From NCBI GenBank assembly GCA_048939765.1, contig JBHLPF010000008.1, positions 23,760-87,759 of the forward strand: DNA of 64,000 nt, read 5' to 3'. The stretch's first letter is position 1; every line of letters begins with the position of its first letter. This DNA is from Promethearchaeota archaeon. GTDB taxonomy: Archaea; Asgardarchaeota; Thorarchaeia; Thorarchaeales; Thorarchaeaceae. The notes beneath the pieces were generated by a model. That model was not told the DNA's origin. It saw only the letters and a list, made by a program, of their open reading frames with translations, and ran no database searches. Of this stretch, positions 9,850-20,143 are shown one piece after another. The position numbers were made by a program, and so were the translations under genes.

Positions 9850-10626
9850 CTAGATCCATGTGATGCTGTCCAGCAATTCTTCGATAGGTCGTGGGAAATA
9901 GTCCTGGTGCTTCAACCTTGAGTCGGCAGCAAGTTCTGTGCCTCTATCAAAGACCAAGTGTTCAAGCTTCATCGCTCCAAAGATGGAAGAGATGTTCAAT
10001 GTCTTGAAGTTATTTCCATTCAAGAGCAGATATCGCAGGTCAGTGAATCTTGCCAGAGGCGATAGGTCTAGCCTTGTAAGGTTATTATTGGCGAGTACCA
10101 GATACTGCAGGCGTGTGCATCTGACCAAGGGCATGAGATTCACCTCACCAAGTTGGTTGTTTGAAAGGTAAAGCCACTTCATGCCTCTCAGATTCGCAAG
10201 GGGTGAAAGGTCGATGCTACTTAGCTTATTCTGTGACAAGTCAAGAGCTTGTAGCTTTGAGGATCGGCTGAGCGGCGAGAGATCTATCAATTCAATCTGG
10301 TTGTCGCTTAGGATCAACATCCTCATATTAGCACATTCATACAAAGGACCGAGGTCGACCTCCGAAATAGCATTGGACTTGAGGTTTACAGTTTCCAGAT
10401 CCCTCAGCGATGCCAACGGGACCAAGCTGATGTTGGCTATATTCATACCTTTCAGATCGAGATCAGTGACATAGATGTCTTTGTCAGTTTGAAGTTGTTC
10501 GCCAACCTCTGTGGTGAATCTAATTACGACCCTACCCAGTTCTACCGACTCCTCTCTCAGGCTGTTTTTTACAGGGCAAATTGCCTCATGACTTTTACGC
10601 TCATCGCGTATCGTACACTTTTGCAT
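9850..10626 (-). CDS. Leucine-rich repeat protein
   Basis: Repeated LxxLxLxxNxL/IxxxDLSPL units of 22 aa. Confidence 0.9.
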   Translation of the reverse strand: MQKCTIRDERKSHEAICPVKNSLREESVELGRVVIRFTTEVGEQLQTDKDIYVTDLDLKGMNIANISLVPLASLRDLETVNLKSNAISEVDLGPLYECANMRMLILSDNQIELIDLSPLSRSSKLQALDLSQNKLSSIDLSPLANLRGMKWLYLSNNQLGEVNLMPLVRCTRLQYLVLANNNLTRLDLSPLARFTDLRYLLLNGNNFKTLNISSIFGAMKLEHLVFDRGTELAADSRLKHQDYFPRPIEELLDSITWI

Positions 10627-10707
10627 TTGTGCATCGATGTAAAAAGGTTCTGGGAATTACAGACTGAAACCAAGTCATGCAAGTTCCATATTGTGGAACC
10701 ATGACTT

Positions 10708-11265
10708 TTAGTAATTCACAACACGAGTCCTCTCGACATGAGCCCATGGAATAGGGTCCGGCGTTGTCTTCTTAATTCGATTCACAAGTTCTAGCATCCC
10801 TTCTGGATTGTGAATGTCGCCAAACTCCATTGTGGCTTCCTCCTCATCGCCCTTTGTGTATATTCTGAGGGCGCCGAGGTTTATCACCCTTGAATGAGGA
10901 GAGCTATAGATCTCAAATCTATCAATCTCATCATAGAAGACTCTGGTCGTTAATCTCTTGTATGAGCCTTTCATCACGCGTAAGTTCCATGTTGTGACAA
11001 CATAGACAGTGTATCTCTTCTTGTATTCCCCAATGCCCCATAGGAGTAAAGCGAAGAACATTCCTCCCATGCCCAACCACCACGCCAGCTCATCATACGC
11101 TACAACTCCAGCGGCAACCGATATCATGGAGAGCCAGCTTATAATGAAAAACACAGCACCGAGAACGTACAGGTACAGGAATCCTGTTCGTGCTGGATGA
11201 AATGTCGCCAGAAGTTTCTCGCGGTTCTCCTGTGGAATGCTTAACTCCTCGGTCATGGGGATCAT
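10708..11265 (-). CDS. 2-TM protein with bacterial PH (bPH_2)-like domain
   Basis: Two TM segments, then YVVTT..RV.KG and GALRIYT..FGDIHNP. Confidence 0.7.
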   Translation of the reverse strand: MIPMTEELSIPQENREKLLATFHPARTGFLYLYVLGAVFFIISWLSMISVAAGVVAYDELAWWLGMGGMFFALLLWGIGEYKKRYTVYVVTTWNLRVMKGSYKRLTTRVFYDEIDRFEIYSSPHSRVINLGALRIYTKGDEEEATMEFGDIHNPEGMLELVNRIKKTTPDPIPWAHVERTRVVNY

Positions 11266-11435
11266 GGAAGGTGACCATCATATCGCTCTTATCAAGTTGT
11301 CGTGGGTAATCATCTAGGAATTATCGTTCCTTCCTCGGGAATGATACATTTTCCATCAGGAAATTCATGTTGGAATTGCTTGCAAAACGATTTTGGCCTC
11401 CTAGAGAGCCTATTCATTTAGAAATGATTGAGTCA

Positions 11436-13211
11436 CTAGAATCCTTTGTAGCATGGCTTGCCTAGTAATAGAAGGAGTTCCTTTCTCAGACTCTGTTCTT
11501 GAATGAATCCATTCAATTCAACATCACAGAATCTAATTGTGGGCAATACAGGCATCTCATCCTCAGGCAATTCCACATTCGGGTCATCGACATTGATTGA
11601 TTCCACAATCGAGCTAGCAATGCTGAGCTCTTCCATGAGTCGCATCAACAGGTCAAAAACAGGTTCACACCAGAAGCAGTGAGTCGATTTATAGAAGGTG
11701 ATGCATTTCTTGCCACCACAGGGCAATTCAGTTTCGTCTGTCCATGCTGGGAAGACACATACAAACTTAGCTCCCTGTGATGGATCTCCCTCGACGCGGT
11801 CCTCAACCCATATCTGGCCATTAAGACTTCTCACAATATTATCTGCCAGTGTAAGTCCTAGACCTCTTCCAACTACTTGAGCGTCAGGATGCCCGCTTCT
11901 CTTGAAGATAAACTCCTTCAATGGGTCTAGGATGCCGGGGCCATAGTCAGCAAACTCAATTCGTACAAGTCGCGTGTCAATAATCTGCGCAATGATGTCT
12001 ATCTCCACTAGTTTCCTCTCATCATACATAGCAGAATTGTGGATTATATTGAACAGGACTTGTGAGAGGTACTGATGTCCCGGTATGTAGAATTTCCCTT
12101 CAGTAATGTTCGTGTTTACCTTTAGTTCTTTCCAATGAAAGTCTATTCTTACAGATTCTACTGCTGCAACAAGGTGATTATAGATATCCGTCTTTTCAAG
12201 ACTTGGTGGCTGGTCCTTAAGTGCCATGAATGTCCTCATGTTAGCAATCATTCTTGCTGATCGTCTCACATTCCATGTTGCTTGCTCCATTTGTGCCTGG
12301 AGACTTTCTGGGATGTCCATTTGTGATTCCAATAGGCCCATTGCAAACAGAATCGATTGGTTGATGTTGTTGAGGTCGTGAGTCGCGACTTCAAGGTAAA
12401 GATTAGCGCGCTCCTCTTCCATCCTCTCTCGTTTCTCTGCAGTCTTTCTTCGATCTATATCAAGTGCCATAAGTCCAATTCGACTGGATTTGCCCGGCTT
12501 GTCCAGAGGACCGGCTGTGATGCTTACCCAAATGGGCTTGCCATCAGCCTTTCTCATCATAATCTCCACGCCCGTCACTGCGCCGCCTTGAAGTATCTCA
12601 TTGAAGACGAGCTTTCCAGCCTGACTATCAACGGGGTCTCCAGGAAGAAAAGTTTCAATATTCCTCCGGATCATTTGTTCCTCTTTGTGGCCTAGGAGTC
12701 GCATGGCGGCCTGATTCACCTGGAGAATAATGCCTCTGGGGCTTAGGGTGAAGTAGGCGATTGGTGAGGAATCAAACAGCTGGCGATATCGCGATTCGGA
12801 TTGTTCAATGGCAGCTTCCAGCTTGAGCTGCTGAGTGATATCTCGTACTATCCCGACCCTGGCTGGAGCTCCCTGATAGACAAAGTCTGCAAGACTGATC
12901 TCCGCCATGACTGAGCGGCCAGTTCTGGTGACTAAGCGAATACGATGACTTGGACCGGCGTCTGATGAGATGTCGACACTCTCAATCTGTTCTGCGAATT
13001 GATGAGAAGTTGTTGGGTCAAGAATTCGAGCAAAATCTTGCCCTAGTAGTTCACTCTCTTCATACTCCAAAAGCTTTGAGAGCGCTGGATTCACCATCGC
13101 AATCTGATCGTCTTGAATCACAACAATTCCATCATTCGCCATCTGGAGGATGCTCTTGTACCTGTCATTTGATTCAGGGTATTCCTCAGGCACACAAAAC
13201 ACATCCAGCAT
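11436..13211 (-). CDS. PAS-PAS sensor histidine kinase with C-terminal thioredoxin-like domain
   Basis: Two PAS/PAC domains; H-box THDLNN; N-box NIIHNS; DYGPGI; GRGLGL; C-terminal CFWC...VLPTI. Confidence 0.88.
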   Translation of the reverse strand: MLDVFCVPEEYPESNDRYKSILQMANDGIVVIQDDQIAMVNPALSKLLEYEESELLGQDFARILDPTTSHQFAEQIESVDISSDAGPSHRIRLVTRTGRSVMAEISLADFVYQGAPARVGIVRDITQQLKLEAAIEQSESRYRQLFDSSPIAYFTLSPRGIILQVNQAAMRLLGHKEEQMIRRNIETFLPGDPVDSQAGKLVFNEILQGGAVTGVEIMMRKADGKPIWVSITAGPLDKPGKSSRIGLMALDIDRRKTAEKRERMEEERANLYLEVATHDLNNINQSILFAMGLLESQMDIPESLQAQMEQATWNVRRSARMIANMRTFMALKDQPPSLEKTDIYNHLVAAVESVRIDFHWKELKVNTNITEGKFYIPGHQYLSQVLFNIIHNSAMYDERKLVEIDIIAQIIDTRLVRIEFADYGPGILDPLKEFIFKRSGHPDAQVVGRGLGLTLADNIVRSLNGQIWVEDRVEGDPSQGAKFVCVFPAWTDETELPCGGKKCITFYKSTHCFWCEPVFDLLMRLMEELSIASSIVESINVDDPNVELPEDEMPVLPTIRFCDVELNGFIQEQSLRKELLLLLGKPCYKGF

Positions 13212-13329
13212 GCAGTTGACGTATATTCCAATGTTATGGTATTCAATGCAATAGGCTTAGCTGATTTGGAACGCTCATAATGTTTGTTGGTCTGGTGTTA
13301 CCTTTGGCATACGACAGAGCCGCATGGAT

Positions 13330-13354
13330 AACATTTTAATAGTTTTAAAATGTT
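13330..13354. promoter_or_regulatory. 10-5-10 inverted repeat, probable ArsR/SmtB operator
   Basis: AACATTTTAA-TAGTT-TTAAAATGTT directly upstream of the ArsR gene. Confidence 0.7.
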
Positions 13355-13362
13355 GAAATGTT

Positions 13363-13686
13363 GTGATGGTTCGAGCAATGAAACAGAAGACAGTCGGCCT
13401 GGACATGATGGATGCTCAGAAAGTAGCGCGATTATTCTCTACTCTAAAAGATGAGTCGAGAGTGAGAACAGTCTATCTCCTTACGCAGGAGGAAAAGCTG
13501 TCCGTTTCTGAGATCGCAGAAAGGACCGGCCAGCATATCAGTACTGTTAGTCTCCATCTGAAAAGACTCAAGGATCTCGGCTTTGTGAGATATGAGCGTG
13601 ACGGGAAGCATGTCTATCACATGCTGGACGATGATTGCATCAGAGACATCATGGAGAGGGCGATAGAACATGTTGCTGGAAAGTGA
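13363..13686 (+). CDS. ArsR/SmtB-family metalloregulator
   Basis: FSTLKDESRVRT, LSVSEIAE, STVSLHLKRLKDLGFV, RDGKHVYH. Confidence 0.9.
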   Translation: MMVRAMKQKTVGLDMMDAQKVARLFSTLKDESRVRTVYLLTQEEKLSVSEIAERTGQHISTVSLHLKRLKDLGFVRYERDGKHVYHMLDDDCIRDIMERAIEHVAGK

Positions 13687-15574
13687 AGCAACATGCACTC
13701 ATTGTGCCAAGCATGAAGAAGAAGACGCCAAGATAAGCATGAGTGAAAGGTATATTCATGCGTTCCTAGCATCTATCACTTGGATGGTGGCAATTCTTGT
13801 TGAGCTATTCTGGCAAAATCAATTGTTTGTCTATGGGCTATCAATCGCTGCCATTCTATTAGCAGGGAGATGGATCATACCAAGGGGTCTACGAGGGGCT
13901 GCCAAGATTCATCTGGACATTAATTTCCTTATGACCTTTGCAGCCTTTGCGGCACTCCTCATTGGTGCACCCTTAGAGGGAGCTGCAGCTATGTATCTCT
14001 TCTTCATCGCCAACCTTCTCGAGGACCGTGCGAACGAGCGAGTTCGGAATGACATCCACGGACTACTAGAGCTAGCCCCACCTATGATTTCGATTAGGAC
14101 TTCAGCGGGGATCATGGATGTGCCGGTGGAATCTGGACAGATAGGTGAAGTCTTCGTCGTGAGACCTGGGGACAGAATCGGCCTTGATGGAATTGTTGTG
14201 GCTGGCACGACGAGTGTGAACCAGAGCCCGATAACAGGAGAATCCGTGCCTGTGTCAAAACAGGTTGGCGATATAGTATACGCTGGAACGATAAATATGG
14301 ACGGCTCTGTTGAGATTGAGATCACGCATTCTTCTTGTGAAACCGTGCTCTCTCGAATAGCTTCACTTGTTGATGAAGCCCGAAACAAGAGGTCTCCAAC
14401 TGAGAAATTGGTTTCCAGGCTCTCTCATCGATACACTCCAATGGTTGTAGGTGCTTCAGTGCTAATGGCACTACTAACATTCGCCTTCGGGTTCACCCTA
14501 GAGGAGGCAATCTACAGAGGGCTCACCTTGCTTGTCACATCTTGCCCTTGCGCTTTTGTCATTTCAATTCCAGTTAGCATGGTCAGTTCGATTGCTGGCT
14601 CTGCAAGGAGTGGCGTTCTTGTCAAGGGCTCTGAATACATCGAAGCACTGAGCAACTCATCAGTAGTTGCATTTGATAAGACAGGCACCCTGACTGAGGG
14701 AGTACTTCAAGTCGAGAGTATCACACCAGTAAATGGATCGAGCAGAGAGGAAGTTCTGCAACTGGCAGCATCATTAGAGATGTTTTCAGAACACCCTATT
14801 TCCCGAGCAATCGCACAATTAGCTGAGATAGAACGGGTGACTCCAAGTGAAGTAGATTCCTTTCAGGCAGTAGCCGGACGAGGTGTCAAAGGAATAATCG
14901 CTGGGGAAAGAGTTGTCGCTGGAAACAAGGGTCTTATGGCAGATGAAGGGATTGATTTCGATGGCGAAGCATCTTCAGCCATTGGAACAAATGTCTACGT
15001 AGCAAGGAATGGCACTCGCGTTGGGACTATTAGACTCATGGACTCAGTTCGTCACACTGCTAGGAGAGCAATCCAGAATCTCTCCACGATGGGAATAAGG
15101 TCCATAATGCTTACAGGGGATAACCATGCCACAGCCAGTTATGTCGCAGAGTTTCTGCAAGTAGATGAATTTCACGCGGACCTCCTTCCTCACGAGAAAG
15201 TGGAAACTATGAAAGCCATCTCCGACGAAGGAACCCATCTCTTCATAGGCGATGGAATCAATGATGCTCCAGCTATGGCTGCTTCTGATGTATCGGTGGC
15301 CATGGGCGTCATTGGATCGGATTTGGCTTTGGAGACAGCTGACGTTGCTTTGATGGAGGACGATTTGGAGAAGATTCCCATTCTCATTCAACAAGCCAAG
15401 AAGACAATGTCTATTGTGAAACAGAACATTGCAGTTTCAATTGGAATAAAAGCCGCGGTGGCTATTTTAGCCATAGCCGGATTGGCAACACTCTGGCTTG
15501 CAGTCGGGGTGGGCGATATGGGAGTTTCATTGCTTGTGATCGCAAATGCCTTGCGACTCGCCATTCGTCGCTAG
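13670..15574 (+). CDS. P1B-type heavy-metal (Zn/Cd-like) ATPase
   Basis: TGES, CPC, DKTGT, SEHP, TGDN, GDGINDAP motifs; N-terminal CxHC. Confidence 0.93.
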   Translation: MLLESEATCTHCAKHEEEDAKISMSERYIHAFLASITWMVAILVELFWQNQLFVYGLSIAAILLAGRWIIPRGLRGAAKIHLDINFLMTFAAFAALLIGAPLEGAAAMYLFFIANLLEDRANERVRNDIHGLLELAPPMISIRTSAGIMDVPVESGQIGEVFVVRPGDRIGLDGIVVAGTTSVNQSPITGESVPVSKQVGDIVYAGTINMDGSVEIEITHSSCETVLSRIASLVDEARNKRSPTEKLVSRLSHRYTPMVVGASVLMALLTFAFGFTLEEAIYRGLTLLVTSCPCAFVISIPVSMVSSIAGSARSGVLVKGSEYIEALSNSSVVAFDKTGTLTEGVLQVESITPVNGSSREEVLQLAASLEMFSEHPISRAIAQLAEIERVTPSEVDSFQAVAGRGVKGIIAGERVVAGNKGLMADEGIDFDGEASSAIGTNVYVARNGTRVGTIRLMDSVRHTARRAIQNLSTMGIRSIMLTGDNHATASYVAEFLQVDEFHADLLPHEKVETMKAISDEGTHLFIGDGINDAPAMAASDVSVAMGVIGSDLALETADVALMEDDLEKIPILIQQAKKTMSIVKQNIAVSIGIKAAVAILAIAGLATLWLAVGVGDMGVSLLVIANALRLAIRR

Positions 15575-15575
15575 A

Positions 15576-17159
15576 TTAGCGAAATGAGCCCATCGCATGA
15601 ACGCCTGCCTGTAGAAACATGAACACGATTATCAATGTGTAGAATGGAAGCGCGACTAGTATCAGCTGCTCATGTGCTAATGCTGCCACCAAGCCGATCA
15701 AGGCCGCACCTAGTGTGAGATTAATTACCGGAAACGAGAATGCTAATGGAACAGGCAAAATCCTAGGGTCATTTGTGACAACCGGGACATAGGCACCAAT
15801 AGCTACTCCAGTTGCCGTAAACATTAGAATCAGAGGAGCTGCTAGACTGAGCAAGGACACAAATCCTTCGACACGGAAGAAATATGCAATGAACCCTAGA
15901 ATTGGAATTGCCGCCATTGCCACCTCAATAAGGCTCAGTAGATATTTCGCGAGTACTATATCTATTGGCTTGAATGGACTAGCCTTCAATAGATAGATGT
16001 TTTCCTGCTCATCTACGAAACTCAAGAGACTAGTGACGCTGCTGAGCTGAATCATGAGAAGCACAATGATTAGAAAGGCTGGAATTGCGGTTGAAATGAG
16101 ATCTGGTGGAATCTGGAAGGGAGCGAGGCTGGCTGGCCGAAAGACGTTGATGTACACGACAAAGGCAGTCCCAAGGGCGACATACACATATTTCCAAATC
16201 TGAAGCGGGCTTCGCATTCTTGACCAGAAGTCCTTGAGCATAATCCAAAACATCGGATCTGAAAACCTGGTTTGTGTGAAGTCTATCTGACCTCTGATGA
16301 TCTTGCTGAAGCGGCCCTCGACCTTTTCTCTCCCAACTGCCGCTGCAAAGATCTCGTAGTAGGCAGAGTCACAGAGGGTAGCTAGGAGAAGGAATGAGAT
16401 TAGAAAACCGAGTGGGAGGAAAACCAGACCTATGATTGGACCATATCCCCAGGCTAGGACGCCTGTGACTTCAGTCACTATGTAAGCAAAGGCGTTTGAA
16501 GGAAACGTCATGGCCTCTGAGTATCTTCCCGTTATCTGAGGGATGGTAGGGAGAAATACTGCGAGTCCAAGAAGAACAACAAACATATGCCTTAAGGGAT
16601 GGCGAGTTCGCTTCTCTAGTTTGATTCTAAGGTAGGATGCAATTCCACCAAAGAAGTAGTTCACTTCAAAATACACAATAGTGGCGACAAGGAGGAGAAA
16701 CAGTGGGATGAACAAGAGGTTTGCTGAGGTCACAATTGGCAATATTGCAGTGATTCCTGCAATGACAAAGACGAGCTTTCGGACGAATCTTCGAATATAT
16801 CTGCTCATGAAGAGCTGATATGGCTTGACAGGTGCACCCAGCATAATTGCCTCATCATCTCCAGTCAAGGAAGCAGCCACACCAATTCCGAAATATCCCC
16901 CCACAACAGACGATAATGTCAGAACACCCATTGCAGCAAAAAGTGTCCCACGATCAAGCACTTCTTCAACCATCACTCCTAGCACGAACACAACGTCGCG
17001 AAAGCTCAAGACCGTTGATATGATTGAGCTGACGAAATACACGCCGATGATAGTTATCGCATAGAACATCAACATCGATGGACTTCTAATAGTACGCTTG
17101 AACTGGTTCCACAACATCCTAACTTCATTCTTAGCCAAGGTAAAGGTGGTGTTGACCAA
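15576..17159 (-). CDS. ABC exporter permease (multi-TM)
   Basis: Many TM segments, LLKASP..IVLAK motif; follows the ABC ATPase gene. Confidence 0.75.
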   Translation of the reverse strand: MVNTTFTLAKNEVRMLWNQFKRTIRSPSMLMFYAITIIGVYFVSSIISTVLSFRDVVFVLGVMVEEVLDRGTLFAAMGVLTLSSVVGGYFGIGVAASLTGDDEAIMLGAPVKPYQLFMSRYIRRFVRKLVFVIAGITAILPIVTSANLLFIPLFLLLVATIVYFEVNYFFGGIASYLRIKLEKRTRHPLRHMFVVLLGLAVFLPTIPQITGRYSEAMTFPSNAFAYIVTEVTGVLAWGYGPIIGLVFLPLGFLISFLLLATLCDSAYYEIFAAAVGREKVEGRFSKIIRGQIDFTQTRFSDPMFWIMLKDFWSRMRSPLQIWKYVYVALGTAFVVYINVFRPASLAPFQIPPDLISTAIPAFLIIVLLMIQLSSVTSLLSFVDEQENIYLLKASPFKPIDIVLAKYLLSLIEVAMAAIPILGFIAYFFRVEGFVSLLSLAAPLILMFTATGVAIGAYVPVVTNDPRILPVPLAFSFPVINLTLGAALIGLVAALAHEQLILVALPFYTLIIVFMFLQAGVHAMGSFR

Positions 17160-17178
17160 GTTCAGTCACCTCTATGGG

Positions 17179-18096
17179 CTATTCCGGGATGCCTCCCGTA
17201 AGTTCGAGGAAAACTTCTTCCAGATTCGTTGCACGTTTGCTTTCATTGAGCAGCTCTTTCAGAGTCCCCCGCCCTACAACCTTGGCGTCATTCATTATAA
17301 CAAATCGATCGCACAGGCTCTCCGCCACTTCTAGAATGTGAGTGGATATGAGAATGGCTGACTTCTCCTTCTTCAGATCATTGAGATGCGCCTTGAGGCT
17401 CCAAGCACCTCGTGGGTCGAGTCCATAGATGGGCTCATCGAGAGCAAGAACAAAAGGCGGCTCTCTAACAAATATACCGACAAGGAGGGCTCTTTGCAGA
17501 TTTCCCTTGGAGAGTGTTCCGACGTAGTTATCAAGATACTCCCGGAGTTGGAACTTGTCAAGATAATGACTCATCCGAACAAGGGTCTCTTCATTTGGGA
17601 CATCGTAGATTCGGCCCATAAACATCAGGTATTCTCTCACTGTTAGGCTAGGATAGCAAGTGGGCTTTTCTGGAATATATCCAATAAGATTCTTCGCTGG
17701 AATTGGTGCTTTCTGAATATCATGGCTGCCCACGTAGACCTCCCCTCCACTTGGCTTGATTATCCCGGTCAGGACACGAAGTGTTGTTGTCTTTCCCGCG
17801 CCATTGGGCCCAACAAGGCCAACGATTTCTCCAGGAGAAACTTTGAGGTCTAGTCTGTCGACGGCCAACGTACTGCCGAAGCTCTTCGACATTCCCTTGA
17901 TATCGATGGCAGGGTCAGGAAGCATCTTTGGTTTGTCAGTTCTCTTTTCCTTTCGTTCTTGCATGGCGCTAGTCAATTCTTCGACGAGCCAACTTCGCTT
18001 CACCGCACGACTAGCGATTGGTACTTTCAGGACACGAGCGAGTCTCACTAGCTCATCATCGGTCATCACCTGAATTACAGATAGTTCTATACTCAG
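17179..18096 (-). CDS. ABC ATP-binding protein with N-terminal Rho_N/HeH-like extension
   Basis: GPNGAGKTT, LSKGN signature, LALDEP, STH; start uncertain (CTG 18096 after GGAGG, ATG 18066, or ORF-track 18159). Confidence 0.88.
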   Translation of the reverse strand: MSIELSVIQVMTDDELVRLARVLKVPIASRAVKRSWLVEELTSAMQERKEKRTDKPKMLPDPAIDIKGMSKSFGSTLAVDRLDLKVSPGEIVGLVGPNGAGKTTTLRVLTGIIKPSGGEVYVGSHDIQKAPIPAKNLIGYIPEKPTCYPSLTVREYLMFMGRIYDVPNEETLVRMSHYLDKFQLREYLDNYVGTLSKGNLQRALLVGIFVREPPFVLALDEPIYGLDPRGAWSLKAHLNDLKKEKSAILISTHILEVAESLCDRFVIMNDAKVVGRGTLKELLNESKRATNLEEVFLELTGGIPE

Positions 18097-18165
18097 CCGA
18101 AATGCCTCCAGCCACTGTGTCAATGAGCAGTCAATTGTTGAGATTTGAATTAACGACATAATAAA

Positions 18166-18906
18166 TCATGGGTACAAGTATTTTACATTCATTTTCATTG
18201 CTCGGAATTCTTGAACGCAAGGAATAATTCGTTGGAATTCGAGTGACCAATTCTTGGCTTCTGTTACTAAAGGATAGACCTCTACTCCCTTCTTGTGGGC
18301 GAGCTCCAGCTCTTGTGCGAACTGAGGATCGGTATCCGCTTTCGGAGAGAAGAGTGTTGCATCCGGCCTTTGAATAACAAAGACGACTGCAGCTCGGTTC
18401 ACCAAACCCTCTTGAAGTGCTCTAGCAAGATTTCTGAGATGTCTAGCTCCTCTCTTAGTCGGCGCATCTGGAAAGAGCGCATGTCCATTCTCAACTAGTG
18501 TGCAGGATTTGACCTCTATGAATGTATCCCCCCTTGAACCCTCCAACTTGAAATCGAAACGACCGTCATAGATCCGAGGTTCAGTAATGACAGTATCGTA
18601 GGGCAGAAACCAGTCAAGAGCATTATTCAGCAAGCAGTTTCTGATGAACCGGTTCGGTAGGTTGGAATCAATAGAAACCAAGACTCCATCGTGGGACACT
18701 CCGATCATGTCATACTCTGTCTTACGATGGGGCCCTGATTTGCGTCGAAGGAATACCTGTTTGCCAGGAACCATCAATTCATACATTCTGCCGGGATTGG
18801 GAACGAACACTTCAATGAGTCTTCTGTTGAGCTTGACTCTTCCAAGGAATCTATTTGGTCGGTCGACGAACTGAGCCTCTACTACTTCACCATCTGCCAC
18901 TGTCAT
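18166..18906 (-). CDS. sfsA: DNA/RNA nuclease SfsA
   Basis: RPNRF, PNPGRM, RFDF, EVKSCTL, FPDAPTKRGARHL; start probably ATG 18906. Confidence 0.92.
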   Translation of the reverse strand: MTVADGEVVEAQFVDRPNRFLGRVKLNRRLIEVFVPNPGRMYELMVPGKQVFLRRKSGPHRKTEYDMIGVSHDGVLVSIDSNLPNRFIRNCLLNNALDWFLPYDTVITEPRIYDGRFDFKLEGSRGDTFIEVKSCTLVENGHALFPDAPTKRGARHLRNLARALQEGLVNRAAVVFVIQRPDATLFSPKADTDPQFAQELELAHKKGVEVYPLVTEAKNWSLEFQRIIPCVQEFRAMKMNVKYLYP

Positions 18907-18976
18907 AAGACGATTGTGATGAAGGATTATTGCACATTGCTCTTCCGGTCTGGCAAGCAGTTGACATATTGACATT

Positions 18977-20134
18977 TCAGAAGAATTCAGTAAGAGTTGA
19001 CTGTGTACTCCCCTCTGAGAGACCGGATACTTTCACGCCGATGAGTCTCAGATACTTATCGGGGTTCCTCTTTCTATCAAAGATCTCAACCGCGATTTGT
19101 CGGAGCATTTCTTGGTCATCAGTTTCCACAGGGATTGATTTGCTCCTCTGGATAGTTGCGTAGTCCGCGTATCGCATTTTGACAGTGACCGTCTTGAACT
19201 TGAGGGATTTCTGTCTAAGCCGGTCACCTATCCTTCCACACATTCTTGCAATTGTTCCATGAAGGAAATCTACCTCCTCTGGATCAATGTCCTCCATGAA
19301 TGTGAAGTCCTTTGATATCGACTTCCTTATGCGGGGTCCATTGTCAAGCAGAGGTCGATCGTCTATACCGTGTGCTCGGTTATGCAACCAACGTGACCCT
19401 CTTCCCATCATTGGCCAGAGATCAGTAATCGTCATTTCATGGATTTGACCTAGCATTTCTATACCGTGCTTTCGTAGCCTTTGAGCAGTCTTTGCACCAA
19501 CGCCATTGAGCGCATCTACAGGCAATGGAGCCAGAAACCTCAGTACTTCCTCTGGATCTTGACCCACAACTGTAATTCCTAATGGCTTGTTTATTCCCGT
19601 CGCAATTTTGGCTACGCTCATATTTGGAGCTACACCAATGGAACAAGGCAGCTTCGTCTGGTGTCGGATTTCGCTTTGGATTGCCTGCGCTAATGAGTAA
19701 ATTCCTTCATAATCTTGAATATGCTCAGTCACCTCTATGTAGGCTTCATCGATACTGGCTCTTCGCACCCTTCCTTCATCTGAGAAATCTCGAAGGACAT
19801 CCATTACTTCTGCAGATGCTTCGCCATATGATGAGAACTCTCCAGATACGAATACAGCTTCTGGACATAAGCGATAAGCCTTTGAAACAGGCATGCCAGA
19901 GTGAATACCAAAAGCTCTAGCTTCATAGGATGCAGTCCTCACCACGCCTCTTCCACGACCACCCTTTGGGTCATGGCCTACACACACCGGTTTTCCGGCT
20001 AACTCAGGATGATTTCTGTACTGTTCCACCGCGGCGAAGAACGCATCCATGTCTACGTGCATTATCCAGCGTTCCAACTCATATCCCGCGTCTTCATAAC
20101 GTGAAATGGTTTCTGGATTTCTAAAGCCCTTCAT
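18977..20134 (-). CDS. dinB: Y-family DNA polymerase IV
   Basis: HVDMDAFFAAVE, ASYEARAFG, SIDEAY, CSIG, NKP, RLIGV. Confidence 0.95.
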   Translation of the reverse strand: MKGFRNPETISRYEDAGYELERWIMHVDMDAFFAAVEQYRNHPELAGKPVCVGHDPKGGRGRGVVRTASYEARAFGIHSGMPVSKAYRLCPEAVFVSGEFSSYGEASAEVMDVLRDFSDEGRVRRASIDEAYIEVTEHIQDYEGIYSLAQAIQSEIRHQTKLPCSIGVAPNMSVAKIATGINKPLGITVVGQDPEEVLRFLAPLPVDALNGVGAKTAQRLRKHGIEMLGQIHEMTITDLWPMMGRGSRWLHNRAHGIDDRPLLDNGPRIRKSISKDFTFMEDIDPEEVDFLHGTIARMCGRIGDRLRQKSLKFKTVTVKMRYADYATIQRSKSIPVETDDQEMLRQIAVEIFDRKRNPDKYLRLIGVKVSGLSEGSTQSTLTEFF

Positions 20135-20143
20135 ACAATTGAA

